Positions 39,452-49,874 of a DNA stretch of 64,000 bases are shown piece by piece; positions within the stretch are counted from its first letter, which is position 1, and each line of letters starts with the position of its first letter. Made by a program: the position numbers and the translations under genes. The stretch lies in the IMG/VR virus record IMGVR_UViG_3300022555_000027, positions 1-64,000 of that record; one strand, given 5' to 3'. The notes beneath the pieces were generated by a model. That model made no database searches. It saw only the letters and a program-made list of their open reading frames with translations, and was not told where the DNA came from. The DNA comes from a virus.

Positions 39452-40344
39452 CCCGCGCAACTCAGAAGCTCGCTGCCGTTCAAGGGTTCGGGACCGGTCT
39501 GCCCCAGAGGGATGCCAACCGCATCCCCGAGGAGCTACTGACCAAGCTCCTGACAAAGAGCGACAACCTCCCAGAAGCCAAACGTGCGACCAATGCCGGG
39601 TCGAACATGCACGTCTCCAGCCTGATAGGGGTATGTGAACGGTCGGCGGTGCTGATGAGGCGGTTCAACGACGGGGCGCCTGTCTACAATCAGGTGAGCG
39701 GCTTCGACCGCATCGTGTGGAAGATCGGGCGTGCGGTGGAAGCCCATATCCGGGACAATATCATCCGGGCGCACGGCCCGTCGAAGGTGCTTGGCAAGTG
39801 GACCTGCCCATGCGGAGCGGCCACCTTCGAGGGGACCTTCCCGATGGACCGCCCCATATGCCCGGTATGCAAAAAAGAACGAGACATCTATCAGGAATGG
39901 GATTTGATCGATGATGAATACGGCGTCCAAGGCCATCCTGACCTTCCTCTGATATGGAGCGATGGCAGCATCATCGTTGTCGAGATCAAATCTATGAACG
40001 CGAAGGAGTGGAAGGAGTTGAAGAGCCCGAAGGGGGACCACCGGTTTCAGGCGTGCATGTATCGCCGCATCCTCCAACGCAAGGGCTACCGGGTCAACGA
40101 CAAGGTCATAGTCATTGTCGCGACCAAAGACTACCAGTTCACTCGCAAGGAAAGCCCTTATAAGGAATACCAAATCGACGCGACTACCCCACAGCTTCAG
40201 GCAGAGCTAGACGGTGCGCTCGTGCTTGCTGGCCGGGTAAGGGATGCCGTTGCCAATGAGACTTTGCCACATCGGACGTGTGCCAACCCTCAACTTTCAA
40301 CAGCCAAAAGTTGCTCGCAGTGTGTGCGATGCTTTAACCTGTGA
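39439..40344 (+). CDS. Cas4/RecB-like exonuclease
   Basis: 'S....C.R', 'G...E', 'GHPD', 'VEIKS', 'Q...Y', C-terminal Cys cluster; internal CPC..CPVC. Confidence 0.8.
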   Translation: MSLLTRATQKLAAVQGFGTGLPQRDANRIPEELLTKLLTKSDNLPEAKRATNAGSNMHVSSLIGVCERSAVLMRRFNDGAPVYNQVSGFDRIVWKIGRAVEAHIRDNIIRAHGPSKVLGKWTCPCGAATFEGTFPMDRPICPVCKKERDIYQEWDLIDDEYGVQGHPDLPLIWSDGSIIVVEIKSMNAKEWKELKSPKGDHRFQACMYRRILQRKGYRVNDKVIVIVATKDYQFTRKESPYKEYQIDATTPQLQAELDGALVLAGRVRDAVANETLPHRTCANPQLSTAKSCSQCVRCFNL

Positions 40345-40351
40345 GGGTACT

Positions 40352-40945
40352 ATGTCACGCGGGAATATGTGCAAGCTCGGGATCACGCTGCCGGATGGAG
40401 TTGTAATTATGGGCATCGACCCGTCCTTAACGGCCACTGGCCTCGCTTTACTCAAGGGCAGTGATCTTGTCACCATCACTGCGTCGCCCCCTATGCCGAC
40501 CAAGACCTGTCCCCGGGGGGACTTTTGCCGCCTCGCGTGGTTTAAGGAGCGGATAGGGGCAGTGCTTCGCACAGGCAACCCCCTGGTGGTCGCAATTGAG
40601 GGCTATGCCTACGGGGCCAAGTCCCAGGCACACTCGCTTGGTGAGCTTGGTGGGGTTATCCGCGTATTGCTCTTCGAGAGTGTTATCCCCAACGCCGTTG
40701 TCGTTCCGCCGAACGTACTGAAGAAGTTTGCAACGGGCACCGGCAACGCAGATAAGGGTGCCGTAAGCAAGGGGCTGTTCAAACGATGGGGAGTTGACGT
40801 TGAAAACAACAACGAGGCCGACGCATCCGGTCTGGCCCTTTTAGGGGCTGCCCTTCATTTCCCAGACGTTTTCTCATTGAAATCCGAAGTCCATGAGGCT
40901 ATCTCTAGGGCATGTGAACGCTTGCCAGTCAAGTCACCGGCCTGA
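40352..40945 (+). CDS. ruvC: RuvC-like Holliday junction resolvase
   Basis: 'MGIDPSLTATG', 'VAIEGY', 'LKKFATG.GNA.K', 'NEADA'. Confidence 0.88.
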   Translation: MSRGNMCKLGITLPDGVVIMGIDPSLTATGLALLKGSDLVTITASPPMPTKTCPRGDFCRLAWFKERIGAVLRTGNPLVVAIEGYAYGAKSQAHSLGELGGVIRVLLFESVIPNAVVVPPNVLKKFATGTGNADKGAVSKGLFKRWGVDVENNNEADASGLALLGAALHFPDVFSLKSEVHEAISRACERLPVKSPA

Positions 40946-40983
40946 AACCGGTTTCAACTCGGGGCAACAAGGAGCAACCTATC

Positions 40984-42471
40984 ATGGCCGCTAAGAAACA
41001 GCCCGATCAGGACTTGATCGGCAAATACGTCCAGTTTACCGGGTACGTCGATCTGACGATGGACCCGTTGCTGGAAGTTGGTGAACGCCTCCGCATCTTC
41101 GGTTTTTACGAACCGAATGATCCCTCTCAACCAATGGGCTTCAAAGCGCACTCTGACCGCTTCGGACCCGACGAAAAAGGCGTCATCGAGCGCATTAGCG
41201 ACCCAGTGTTCCCCAAGGAGTTCGTTCTCTCCAGCGATCAAACCCCGTTCGCGAGTGAGGAAGAGTTTCCAATTCAGATTGAGGGTGAGGATAAGGTCAA
41301 AAAGGCTGCCAAGCCCAAGGCTGAGAAGGTCAAAGCCGCTACCAAGCCCAAGGCTGGAAAGGCCAAAGCTGCCGAGCCGGTCGTCACCCCGGAGCCGGAA
41401 CTTGCACTTGAAACCCCTGTGGCGGCTCCTGAGCCCGCAGTTACGGTCGAACCTGTTGCGGCCGAAGTACCGGTTGCAGAACCGGAGGCCATCCCGGTAC
41501 AGGAGATCAGTGAAGAGCCCACAGTTGACGCGGAAGTGGAAACCGTGAATACTCCCACCAATGTGATCGACAACGAAAGTGAGCGGATGACAAACGGAAA
41601 CAGCGAACCGAAAAGCACTTGGACCCTGGCCGACGTTGTCCTTGGTGAAGAGGCGGACATCCCGGTTGAAGTCCCGGAGCCCCCCGATACCACCGATGCG
41701 GTCAAGGATGAAGGCGGCGTTTACGTCCAGCCGATTGACGCAGTTCGTGCCGCACTGGAAAGCGGCGATATGCTCAACGCGGCGATCAAGACGCACCAAG
41801 ACATCGAGTTGCAGTTCTACACGCTCGGCGGTATCCTGTACGAAATCGAGCGGACTGGCTCCTACAAGGAAGAGGATAAGTACAAGGGGGCGGAAGGCTT
41901 CGTCAAATTCTGTGACGAGGCAGTCGGTTGCAGCTACCGTAGGGCAATGTACCTGATCAAACTCTACAAGCGCATTCAGGTGCTCGGACTTGACTACACC
42001 AAGCTGGCTAAGGTCGGCTGGAGCAAGGCGACCAAGTTCCTCGACCTCAATGACGAGTTGCTCAAGCTGAACTATGATGAGTTGTGCGAGATCGGCGCCC
42101 AGCTTTCCCGCCCCAACTTGGTCGTTGAGATCGGAAGGATTAAGGCGGGCGGTGTCACAGAAGACGAACAGGTTGCCAAGTTCAAGGTGGCCTTTACCGT
42201 CACGGGTGACGAGGCCGCACTGTTCAAGGGTGCCCTTGAGACCGCAGCGCCCAAGGCTGGGGTTGACGCCCTTGTTGAGAACTTCACTCGCGAGCAGATC
42301 GTCATGGTGTTCAAATACATCGTCAACGACTGGGCAAGCCTTGCCAATAGCGGCGTCGTCCGCCCGCTGGCTGATCAAATCCGTGAGATTGAACTGATCC
42401 ACGACGTTCGCATCACGGCGGTCCCGATGTCCGAAGTTGAGGACGAAGATCAGGAAACCGTCAACGCATGA
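40984..42471 (+). CDS. large acidic hypothetical protein with Pro/Ala/Glu/Lys-rich linker
   Basis: RBS AAGGAG; 495 aa. Confidence 0.75.
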   Translation: MAAKKQPDQDLIGKYVQFTGYVDLTMDPLLEVGERLRIFGFYEPNDPSQPMGFKAHSDRFGPDEKGVIERISDPVFPKEFVLSSDQTPFASEEEFPIQIEGEDKVKKAAKPKAEKVKAATKPKAGKAKAAEPVVTPEPELALETPVAAPEPAVTVEPVAAEVPVAEPEAIPVQEISEEPTVDAEVETVNTPTNVIDNESERMTNGNSEPKSTWTLADVVLGEEADIPVEVPEPPDTTDAVKDEGGVYVQPIDAVRAALESGDMLNAAIKTHQDIELQFYTLGGILYEIERTGSYKEEDKYKGAEGFVKFCDEAVGCSYRRAMYLIKLYKRIQVLGLDYTKLAKVGWSKATKFLDLNDELLKLNYDELCEIGAQLSRPNLVVEIGRIKAGGVTEDEQVAKFKVAFTVTGDEAALFKGALETAAPKAGVDALVENFTREQIVMVFKYIVNDWASLANSGVVRPLADQIREIELIHDVRITAVPMSEVEDEDQETVNA

Positions 42472-42491
42472 CGATGCCGCATCGAATGGGC

Positions 42492-42521
42492 AAGGGGAGG
42501 CTAACACCTCCCCTTTTTTTT
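42492..42521 (+). terminator. Rho-independent terminator
   Basis: AAGGGGAGG-CTAACA-CCTCCCC followed by T8. Confidence 0.8.
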
Positions 42522-42531
42522 GGAGGGTCCG

Positions 42532-42744
42532 ATGGATGTCGTGCGTGTTCCGATCCACCTCACCAAGAATTGTGAGCTATCCAAGGAAGCTCTGGTCGCT
42601 GCTGTGTTGAGACTTGACAAAGCAGTGGAGGGTGGGGCCTCCTCCCAGGAGTTGCAATCGATAAACAACGATTTACGCCACGCGGTGCGGACGTACAAAT
42701 TTCACATGTCGTCACTTTCAACGCCGCTGGACACAAGCCACTAA
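42532..42744 (+). CDS. hypothetical protein
   Basis: RBS GGAGG. Confidence 0.5.
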   Translation: MDVVRVPIHLTKNCELSKEALVAAVLRLDKAVEGGASSQELQSINNDLRHAVRTYKFHMSSLSTPLDTSH

Positions 42745-42793
42745 AGTGCCTATATACTATAGCTTGGGGCTTGGCACTCTGAGGGACCACAAC

Positions 42794-45700
42794 ATGAAGA
42801 AAAATAACATCCGGGACTTCGAGCCTGGAATGGGGAGAGCGGTGGCCGAGCGCACCATCCTCCGCAAGCGTCTCGACAACGATGAACTCACCGGGATGGG
42901 TGTGCAAGTCGTGATCAACCCCAAAGACCCCGACGCGCCAGCCTGGATTTCTGCTGCCGAAGCGGCTGATCTCCTGGTCAAGACCGATTATGAAGCCGGT
43001 TTCAAAGGCCGGAAGCCGAAGACCCGGTGGGAGACCTGGGAAGAGGTTGCCAGGAGGGTGTCGTGGGGCAACACTATCCTCACTCAAGAGGGTGAAGACG
43101 ACTACCTCAAGATGTACGAAGCTATGCTTGCCGGCACGGTGGTCATGAGTGGCCGCCATCTGCAACACGGGGACAGCCGCCAGCCAGGCCGACCGCAGGA
43201 AGTCTTTACTAATTGCAGCGTTTCTGCGACTACTTTCTTACTCTTTCGCCTTTTGCTTTCCGGCAGTGGTGTTGGGCGGGACTACAGCAGCCACATGATC
43301 GCCGTCAATTTTGACAATGCTCCACACCTCCGTTGCATCCTCAGCGAAGATCACCCTGATTATACCCCAGGCGCGGCCTATGATGGTCGGCGCGAAGCCA
43401 TCCATAAATATGGGTCGCCGGGCACCAACCCCGACGTAATCTGGTTCCGCGTCCCTGACAGCCGTGAGGGCTGGGCGCAGGCAATCGAGACGTGGGAAGT
43501 GCTGGCCTTCACGAAGGCCGCCAAGAACAAGACCCTGATCCTCGACTTCTCAGACGTGCGCGAACGCAACAAGCCCATCCGGGGAATGCAGTACCGCCCG
43601 TCCTCTGGCCCCATTCCCCTGATGAACGCCATAATCAAGGCCGCCAGCCTCAAGGGGGCCGGGATTACGCCCTGGAAACAGGCGATGCTGATCGACCATT
43701 TGGTCGCCGAGTGCGTCCTCGTTGGAGGCGCCCGTCGCTCGGCGCGTATGGCCACGATGTATTGGCGTGACCCGGCCATCTTCGAGTTCATCCAATGCAA
43801 GCGGCCCATAGAATACATGGGTCTGACCGCCACTGAGGTTGCCCTTTACCGTGATCAGTTGGCTATCCTCGGTAAGCCGGCGCCAGGAACCTTCCTGTGG
43901 AGCGCCAACAACAGCGTCCTGTTTGACCAGGAAGCGTGGGGGCTGTTAGCCTTGCGGAAGGGCGAGAAGCTCTATCACAGTGCCAGCGCCCGGCACGCGC
44001 GCAAGGTATTCGACCTGATCATCTCGTGCTCCTACGGCGACGGAACCGGCGAGCCGGGTATCATCAACGTGGACAAGCTGGTGGAGAACTGGGCTGGGTG
44101 GGAGACCATCGCCAACGGTAGCTTTGCCGGGAACGACACCTACCCCATCGTCGGGGAAACCCTTCACCTGATGGCCGATCTTGCCCGCCGGGTGCGCCTC
44201 AGCCCCTACAGCATGATCGTGAACCCATGCCAGCCCGCTTGGGCGCCCGTGCTTACCCCTTATGGTATAAGCACCATGGGGGCAATCAAGATCGGGGACA
44301 AGGTTTGGTCCAAGGATGGGTGGGTGACGGTCGTGAATAAGCAGGCGACCGGCGTGAAACCTGTTTACTGGTATCGGACCAACGCGGGTGCTTTCGTCGG
44401 CACAGAAAATCACCGCGTCGTTTCTGGGGGCATCAAGATCGAGGCGGGGGAGGCGGATAGCATTGACGTGCTGGCCGGGCCTCTGGGTTCGGTTGAGCCC
44501 TTGGCCCAGTTTGTCATGGATGGTCTCATGATAGGAGACGGGACTGCACACCGGACAAGCCATGATAAGGTGTATCTCACCATCGGAGCGGGGGACCAGG
44601 ACTACTTCGCTTCTGAGGTTGGGCACCTGATCATTGGTGACCATTCTGTCAAGAAAGGCAAAGCGTTCAAGGTCGAGACGACTATCGACCACGATGAGCT
44701 TCCCCACCTGCCAGAGCGTGTTATCCCGGATCGCTTTCTGTACGGAACGCCGTCTGAGGTGGCATCGTTCCTTCGTGGCCTCTTTTCAGCCAATGGATCA
44801 ATCTGCGGAAGCCGGGTGACGCTCAAGACAACTTCTGCTGGTCTTGCGGCTCAGGTTCAGTGGATGCTCTCGTCTATTGGGATCGTTTCATACCGGACCA
44901 CCAACAAGTCGTCGTCCGTTAAATGGGAGAATGGGGAGTACACCAGCCGCCAGTCCTACGACATCAACGTCAACGCCCATAATGCTCTGGTGTTCGCTGA
45001 GAAGATTGGCTTCATCCAGGGGTACAAAAACGAAAAGCTCGCGGCTCTTTCTCGCTGTGATGGGCCTCGCGGTCATCGGGTTAAGACCACGTTCGACATC
45101 GTTGAGCGCGATCTTATCGGTGAGGAAGAGGTATTTGACATCACGGTTGACGGACCATCGCACACCTATTGGTCCGGCGGGCACGATGTGAGCAACTGTG
45201 GCGAGGTTACCCTTTCAGTCCTGGGTGGTTTCTGTGTGCTATGTGATGTCATCCCGTACCACGCAGAAAGTCTTGATGAGGCCGAGGAAGCATTCCGTGT
45301 CGCCACGCGGGCACTGATCCGGGTCAACACCATGGACAGCGTTTACAACAACGAAGTGAGGCGCACCAACCGCATTGGTGTCGGGATGACCGGCATCTTT
45401 GAGTTCGCTGCCAAGTTTTTCAGGTGCGGCTTCATTGAGCTTATCAACCCTGATTTCACTAACCCGCACTGCCGTTCGGCCCAGTTCTGGATCACCCTGA
45501 GCAGGTTCGCTCGGGCTGTTGAAGAAGAGGCCGAGAGCTATTCCAAGGTGCTCGGGATGGCTATTCCGCACACCAACCGTACTATCAAGCCCAGTGGCAC
45601 GATCAGCAAACTGTGGGGCCTTTCCGAAGGTGCCCATCTTCCTTGTCAGCGTCGGTATCTTCGCTGGGTTCAGTTCCGCTCTGATGACCCCTTGGTGGCC

Positions 45701-46207
45701 GAATACAAGGCCAAGGGCTACCCTGCGAAGGAACTGGTCACGTACACCGGCACGACAGTGATCGGCTTCCCAACAACCCCTGTGCTGACCACGCTGTTGC
45801 CCGACGACATGATCGTCACGGCGTCCGAGGCTACTCCGGCGCAACAGTATGCTTGGCTGCGTCTTCTTGAAAACCACTGGCTACGGGGTGGTGATCAACA
45901 TGGAAACCAGTTTCAAACAGATCACTCGAACCAAATCAGCTACTCGCTAAAATACAACCCAGCCATCGTCTCCGCCGAAGACCTCAAGGAAATGCTGCTG
46001 GAGTACCAACCGGGCGTCAAAGCGTGCTCGGTCATGCCCCTCACCGAAGACCGATCGGCCTATGAATATCTCCCCGAAACCCCTGTTACCAAATCGGAGT
46101 ACGAGGCCATCTCCCGTCAGATCAGCGCCAAGCTGGCAGAGGATGTTGACCGTGTCCATTTAGATTGTGCCAGTGGTGCTTGCCCCATCGACTTCAACAA
46201 GAGCTAG
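42794..46207 (+). CDS. nrdJ: class II (B12-dependent) ribonucleotide reductase with intein
   Basis: 'SGR.L', 'FTNC', 'VPDSREGW', 'GG.RRSA', 'GEPG', 'NP/CGE', 'IKPSGT', C-terminal 'CASGACP'. Confidence 0.92.
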   Translation: MKKNNIRDFEPGMGRAVAERTILRKRLDNDELTGMGVQVVINPKDPDAPAWISAAEAADLLVKTDYEAGFKGRKPKTRWETWEEVARRVSWGNTILTQEGEDDYLKMYEAMLAGTVVMSGRHLQHGDSRQPGRPQEVFTNCSVSATTFLLFRLLLSGSGVGRDYSSHMIAVNFDNAPHLRCILSEDHPDYTPGAAYDGRREAIHKYGSPGTNPDVIWFRVPDSREGWAQAIETWEVLAFTKAAKNKTLILDFSDVRERNKPIRGMQYRPSSGPIPLMNAIIKAASLKGAGITPWKQAMLIDHLVAECVLVGGARRSARMATMYWRDPAIFEFIQCKRPIEYMGLTATEVALYRDQLAILGKPAPGTFLWSANNSVLFDQEAWGLLALRKGEKLYHSASARHARKVFDLIISCSYGDGTGEPGIINVDKLVENWAGWETIANGSFAGNDTYPIVGETLHLMADLARRVRLSPYSMIVNPCQPAWAPVLTPYGISTMGAIKIGDKVWSKDGWVTVVNKQATGVKPVYWYRTNAGAFVGTENHRVVSGGIKIEAGEADSIDVLAGPLGSVEPLAQFVMDGLMIGDGTAHRTSHDKVYLTIGAGDQDYFASEVGHLIIGDHSVKKGKAFKVETTIDHDELPHLPERVIPDRFLYGTPSEVASFLRGLFSANGSICGSRVTLKTTSAGLAAQVQWMLSSIGIVSYRTTNKSSSVKWENGEYTSRQSYDINVNAHNALVFAEKIGFIQGYKNEKLAALSRCDGPRGHRVKTTFDIVERDLIGEEEVFDITVDGPSHTYWSGGHDVSNCGEVTLSVLGGFCVLCDVIPYHAESLDEAEEAFRVATRALIRVNTMDSVYNNEVRRTNRIGVGMTGIFEFAAKFFRCGFIELINPDFTNPHCRSAQFWITLSRFARAVEEEAESYSKVLGMAIPHTNRTIKPSGTISKLWGLSEGAHLPCQRRYLRWVQFRSDDPLVAEYKAKGYPAKELVTYTGTTVIGFPTTPVLTTLLPDDMIVTASEATPAQQYAWLRLLENHWLRGGDQHGNQFQTDHSNQISYSLKYNPAIVSAEDLKEMLLEYQPGVKACSVMPLTEDRSAYEYLPETPVTKSEYEAISRQISAKLAEDVDRVHLDCASGACPIDFNKS
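44228..45196 (+). mobile_element. intein with LAGLIDADG endonuclease domain in RNR (323 aa)
   Basis: Splits NP|CGE; starts CQP, block B 'T.NH', ends 'VSN'; 'GLMIGDG' and 'FLRGLFSANGS'. Confidence 0.9.
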
Positions 46208-46269
46208 ACATTGTTGACCAGAAGGCCTATACTCCCGGGTAGGGGTAACACCATACCCGGGAGGGTCCG

Positions 46270-46503
46270 ATGGCTCGCAAGAAAGCTCCGGCGCCTCAAC
46301 CGACAAAAGCTCGCCCAAGCCTTGTGGTAAAGTACATTGAGTTGTACGCATCGCGGGTGCGGGAGATGCAACGAACCATAGACGAGGAGGGTCTGGCAAA
46401 TACACTACTACAAGAGCGGCGCCTAGCTTCAACGCTCACCGACGAGGAAGTATCTGGACGGATGTTCAACCTCTTAAAATTCGGTGAAATGTATCAGGCG
46501 TAA
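46270..46503 (+). CDS. hypothetical protein
   Basis: RBS GGAGG, preceded by a hairpin at 46232-46263. Confidence 0.6.
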   Translation: MARKKAPAPQPTKARPSLVVKYIELYASRVREMQRTIDEEGLANTLLQERRLASTLTDEEVSGRMFNLLKFGEMYQA

Positions 46504-46514
46504 GGAGCAACCCC

Positions 46515-47303
46515 ATGAGCAGACGAGCAGACCGTTATCAGTCGGAACGTGGTCGCGGCCCCAACAGGCGCGGCGCACAGCAATCCCCCGGCAAGGGGGC
46601 TGAAGAGCCGACCGAGCCCCAAGCGAAGATCGCCCCCTTCAAGCCACGGGGGGAAAACCAGATCGAATACGTCCGGTCCCTCTACGAATACCGTCTCACC
46701 TTCGCCCTTGGCCCAGCGGGTACAGGCAAATCCTACGTCGCAGCCAGCATCGCGGCGAAGCTCCTGGCAGATAAATCAGTGAAAAGCCTGATCCTCTGCC
46801 GTCCCGCCGTCGAAGCGGGGGAAGAGCACCTCGGCTTTCTGCCCGGCGATCTCAGTGAAAAGATGGCCCCCTGGACTGCACCCATCATTGACATCCTGTA
46901 TCAGCGTCTCGGCAAACAGCGGGTCGATGGTATGGTGCGTGCCGGTGTTATCAAGACCATCCCATTCGCTTACATGCGCGGGTGGACACTTCAAGACGCC
47001 TTCGTGCTCCTTGACGAAGCCCAGAACACCACCCCGAGCCAGATGAAGCTCTTCCTGACCCGCATCGGTGAGGGGGCAACGGTGTCCGTCAACGGTGACA
47101 CGAAGCAATCTGATATCCACTCCGAAGACAACGGCCTCGCAACGGCCATCTGGTTGGCCACTCGCTTCAACATCCCCTGCGGCGTCATCAAGTTCACCCC
47201 TGAAGACTGCGTTCGTTCGGAGATGTGCCGGGCGTGGAGCATCGCCTTCGAGGAAGATGAAGACCATATCGACAACTCACTCCCGTTCCTTCGGGCAAGT
47301 TGA
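46515..47303 (+). CDS. phoH: PhoH family ATPase
   Basis: 'GPAGTGKS', 'RPAVEAGE..LGFLPGD..EK', 'YMRG.T', 'DEAQN', 'GD..Q.D'. Confidence 0.95.
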   Translation: MSRRADRYQSERGRGPNRRGAQQSPGKGAEEPTEPQAKIAPFKPRGENQIEYVRSLYEYRLTFALGPAGTGKSYVAASIAAKLLADKSVKSLILCRPAVEAGEEHLGFLPGDLSEKMAPWTAPIIDILYQRLGKQRVDGMVRAGVIKTIPFAYMRGWTLQDAFVLLDEAQNTTPSQMKLFLTRIGEGATVSVNGDTKQSDIHSEDNGLATAIWLATRFNIPCGVIKFTPEDCVRSEMCRAWSIAFEEDEDHIDNSLPFLRAS

Positions 47304-47401
47304 AACCAGTTTCACTGAAACGACGGTTTCCGCTTGAAAAAGTCGGGATGGTGGTTACATAATGTGGGAACCGGTTACCCTCGTTACAAGGATCACCATC
47401 C

Positions 47402-47779
47402 ATGGCTACCTTCACCATGCCTGCGGCCACTGGCGGCGGCACCATTCCCCACCCGGATGCCGTGGCTGCGCTGCCCATCGGTGGGGTCATCAATGCCGTT
47501 GTAGGTACGGCGAAGACTGTGCTGGTAGCCCCGAAGGGCGCCACCTTCCTCGTTCTCCAGTCCGACAGCGGAGACTTCCGCGTCCGACAGGGTGATCATT
47601 CCGGCGGTACGGGTTCCCTTGACAGCGCCATGCCGGCCGCCGCAATCCCGGCCGCGTCCGTCTCCGATGGTTCAGCGGGCTTCCGCATTGCCTCCGGCAC
47701 CAAGCTGGTCCTTCCGGCCGCTACCGTCACCGTCGTCGGCTATGCCTCGGGTTCGGCCCTGAGCTACTACTTCCTTTAG
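47402..47779 (+). CDS. hypothetical protein
   Basis: Coding-like ORF after a promoter-like sequence. Confidence 0.65.
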   Translation: MATFTMPAATGGGTIPHPDAVAALPIGGVINAVVGTAKTVLVAPKGATFLVLQSDSGDFRVRQGDHSGGTGSLDSAMPAAAIPAASVSDGSAGFRIASGTKLVLPAATVTVVGYASGSALSYYFL

Positions 47780-47788
47780 GGTGCAATC

Positions 47789-49123
47789 ATGGCCCGCTTT
47801 AACAAACAGGCGCCCCGGCGCGCTACCGTACCGACCCCAGCAGGTCCCCGGCGCGGTGCTCACGAGATCGTGTGGCGGGCAACTTCAAGCCTCACCCCCT
47901 ATCTTCGGAACAGCCGTACCCACACCCCTCAGCAGGTGGATAAAATCGTCAACTCGATCAACACGTTTGGGTTTAACAACCCCATCCTTATTGACGAGAA
48001 AGGCGAAATCATCGCCGGCCACGGGCGCCTAGCAGCCGCTCAACAGGCTGGATTGGCCGAAGTCCCAACGGTAACGCTGGACCACCTGACCGATGCCCAG
48101 AAGCGTGCCTACGTGATCGCGGACAACCGCATCACCGACGACGCCGGATGGAACGAGGACTTGCTGTCCATCGAGTTGAAGGCCCTCCGGGATGAGGACT
48201 TCGACTTGACCACAACCGGTTTCGAGGAAGATGAGCTTGCCGTGCTCCTTGAGGAAGACGGTCCCGGTGGTGATACCGATGCGGACGAAACCCCTGAGCC
48301 CCAGGCCGTGGTGATCTCCCGGATCGGCGAAGTGTGGCTGCTCGGGAACCACCGATTGATCTGCGGTGACAGCACCGATGCTGCTACCGTATCCACCCTT
48401 TTGGGCACCGTGAAACCACACCTAATGGTCACGGACCCGCCCTACGGCGTCAAATATGACGCTACTTGGCGCGATCACCGGAACGGGGCCTTCGGAGACG
48501 GTAAGCCGGTCATGCGCGGTGTGGTTCAGAATGATGACCGGGCAGACTGGCGCGAAGCGTGGGCCTTGTTCCCGGGCGACACCGCGTATGTCTGGCATTC
48601 CGCTCTTCACGGCCATGAGGTTGCCGAGAGCCTTGTTGCAACCGGTTTCAAACTCCGCAGCCAGATCATCTGGAAGAAACCGCACTTCACCTTGTCGCGG
48701 GGCGATTACCATTGGCAGCATGAGCCGTGTTGGTACGTCGTCCGCGAGGGGAAGAACGGGCACTACGGTGGCGACCGCACCCAATCAACCGTGTGGGACA
48801 TCGCCGGCATGAACCCAGCCGGTCAGACCCGCAACGCCTGCGATGGCAAAACCAACCATAGCACTCAGAAGCCGGTCGAGTGCATGCGGAAGCCCATCGA
48901 GAACAACAGTTCACCAGGGCAAGCAATCTATGAGCCCTTCGCAGGCAGCGGTAGCACCATCATTGCTTGTGAGCAGACGGGGCGTATCTGCTTTGCCATC
49001 GAACTTGACCCGACGTATATCGATCTGATCATCCGCCGTTGGCAATCATTTAGCACCAAGGAAGCAACCCTCGAAAGCGATGGGCGCACCTTCGCTGAGG
49101 TAAGCGCCGAGCGGAGTGCGTAA
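47789..49123 (+). CDS. ParB/Srx-domain + N6/N4 DNA methyltransferase fusion
   Basis: 'L.PY..N.R.H', 'GF.NPILID', 'IAGHGR', 'IADN'; 'TDPPY', 'H.TQKP', 'EPFAGSGST'. Confidence 0.92.
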   Translation: MARFNKQAPRRATVPTPAGPRRGAHEIVWRATSSLTPYLRNSRTHTPQQVDKIVNSINTFGFNNPILIDEKGEIIAGHGRLAAAQQAGLAEVPTVTLDHLTDAQKRAYVIADNRITDDAGWNEDLLSIELKALRDEDFDLTTTGFEEDELAVLLEEDGPGGDTDADETPEPQAVVISRIGEVWLLGNHRLICGDSTDAATVSTLLGTVKPHLMVTDPPYGVKYDATWRDHRNGAFGDGKPVMRGVVQNDDRADWREAWALFPGDTAYVWHSALHGHEVAESLVATGFKLRSQIIWKKPHFTLSRGDYHWQHEPCWYVVREGKNGHYGGDRTQSTVWDIAGMNPAGQTRNACDGKTNHSTQKPVECMRKPIENNSSPGQAIYEPFAGSGSTIIACEQTGRICFAIELDPTYIDLIIRRWQSFSTKEATLESDGRTFAEVSAERSA

Positions 49124-49124
49124 C

Positions 49125-49874
49125 ATGGGACGGTTCACGAACGCCTTGCAGGGCATCAAGGACAAGAAGAAGCGCGCAAAGCCCCCTGTAGCCGTTCAGG
49201 AAGGCACCAGTGGGTATGGGAAGGACACGCAGCCTTCCCTTATGGCACCCCCAACCCCGATGGAGGCTGGCACGGCCAAGACCGTGCTCGTCCTTCCGAA
49301 GACCACCATCCCAAAAAGCGATGACCAGACCCTATGGGAAGAGCAAATGGTCGCCAAAACCGAAGTTGCGATGCTCAAGGGCTACCGAGACCCCCGGATG
49401 ATGGCTCAGTTGCTCCAGATCACCGTCCCCCAGGCCGAAAAGTTCATCAAGAGGGTGCTCGCTCGCTTTGAAATCGTCGGTACGGCCCATGATCTAAAGA
49501 GGGTGCGCGGCGAAGGCTTGGCCCGTATGGCCATGTTAGAGCGCAAGTATTGGCAGATCATTGAGACTTCCAAAGACCAGAGGGCCAAGATCGTTGCGTT
49601 GCAGTCGCTCCTTGAGATCAACAAACAGCGTGATCTTTACAACGGTGTTAGCCAGAAGACCATGGAGAGTGTGTCACAACGCACCGAAGGGTCTGAGGTT
49701 CAAGCCCGGCTCGCCAAGCAGGCCCGCCTCGGGGCGATGGCAAAACAGTTGGCCGAGATCATCGCCGAACAACAACGTGACGCGACGGCAGAAAAAGTCA
49801 CCGTCGTACCTGCCGATCAGAGTATCCCGCAGGATTTTGAGGAAGAAGACGATGGCTTTCAAGACGCCGACTGA
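49125..49874 (+). CDS. putative terminase small subunit
   Basis: Overlaps the terL start; helical with HTH-like segment. Confidence 0.55.
   Translation: MGRFTNALQGIKDKKKRAKPPVAVQEGTSGYGKDTQPSLMAPPTPMEAGTAKTVLVLPKTTIPKSDDQTLWEEQMVAKTEVAMLKGYRDPRMMAQLLQITVPQAEKFIKRVLARFEIVGTAHDLKRVRGEGLARMAMLERKYWQIIETSKDQRAKIVALQSLLEINKQRDLYNGVSQKTMESVSQRTEGSEVQARLAKQARLGAMAKQLAEIIAEQQRDATAEKVTVVPADQSIPQDFEEEDDGFQDAD

Noticed and set aside
49561-49851. N-terminal extension of terL in the ORF track
   Set aside because: It overlaps the terS-like gene; the ATG at 49852 with a GAGG RBS is the more plausible start.
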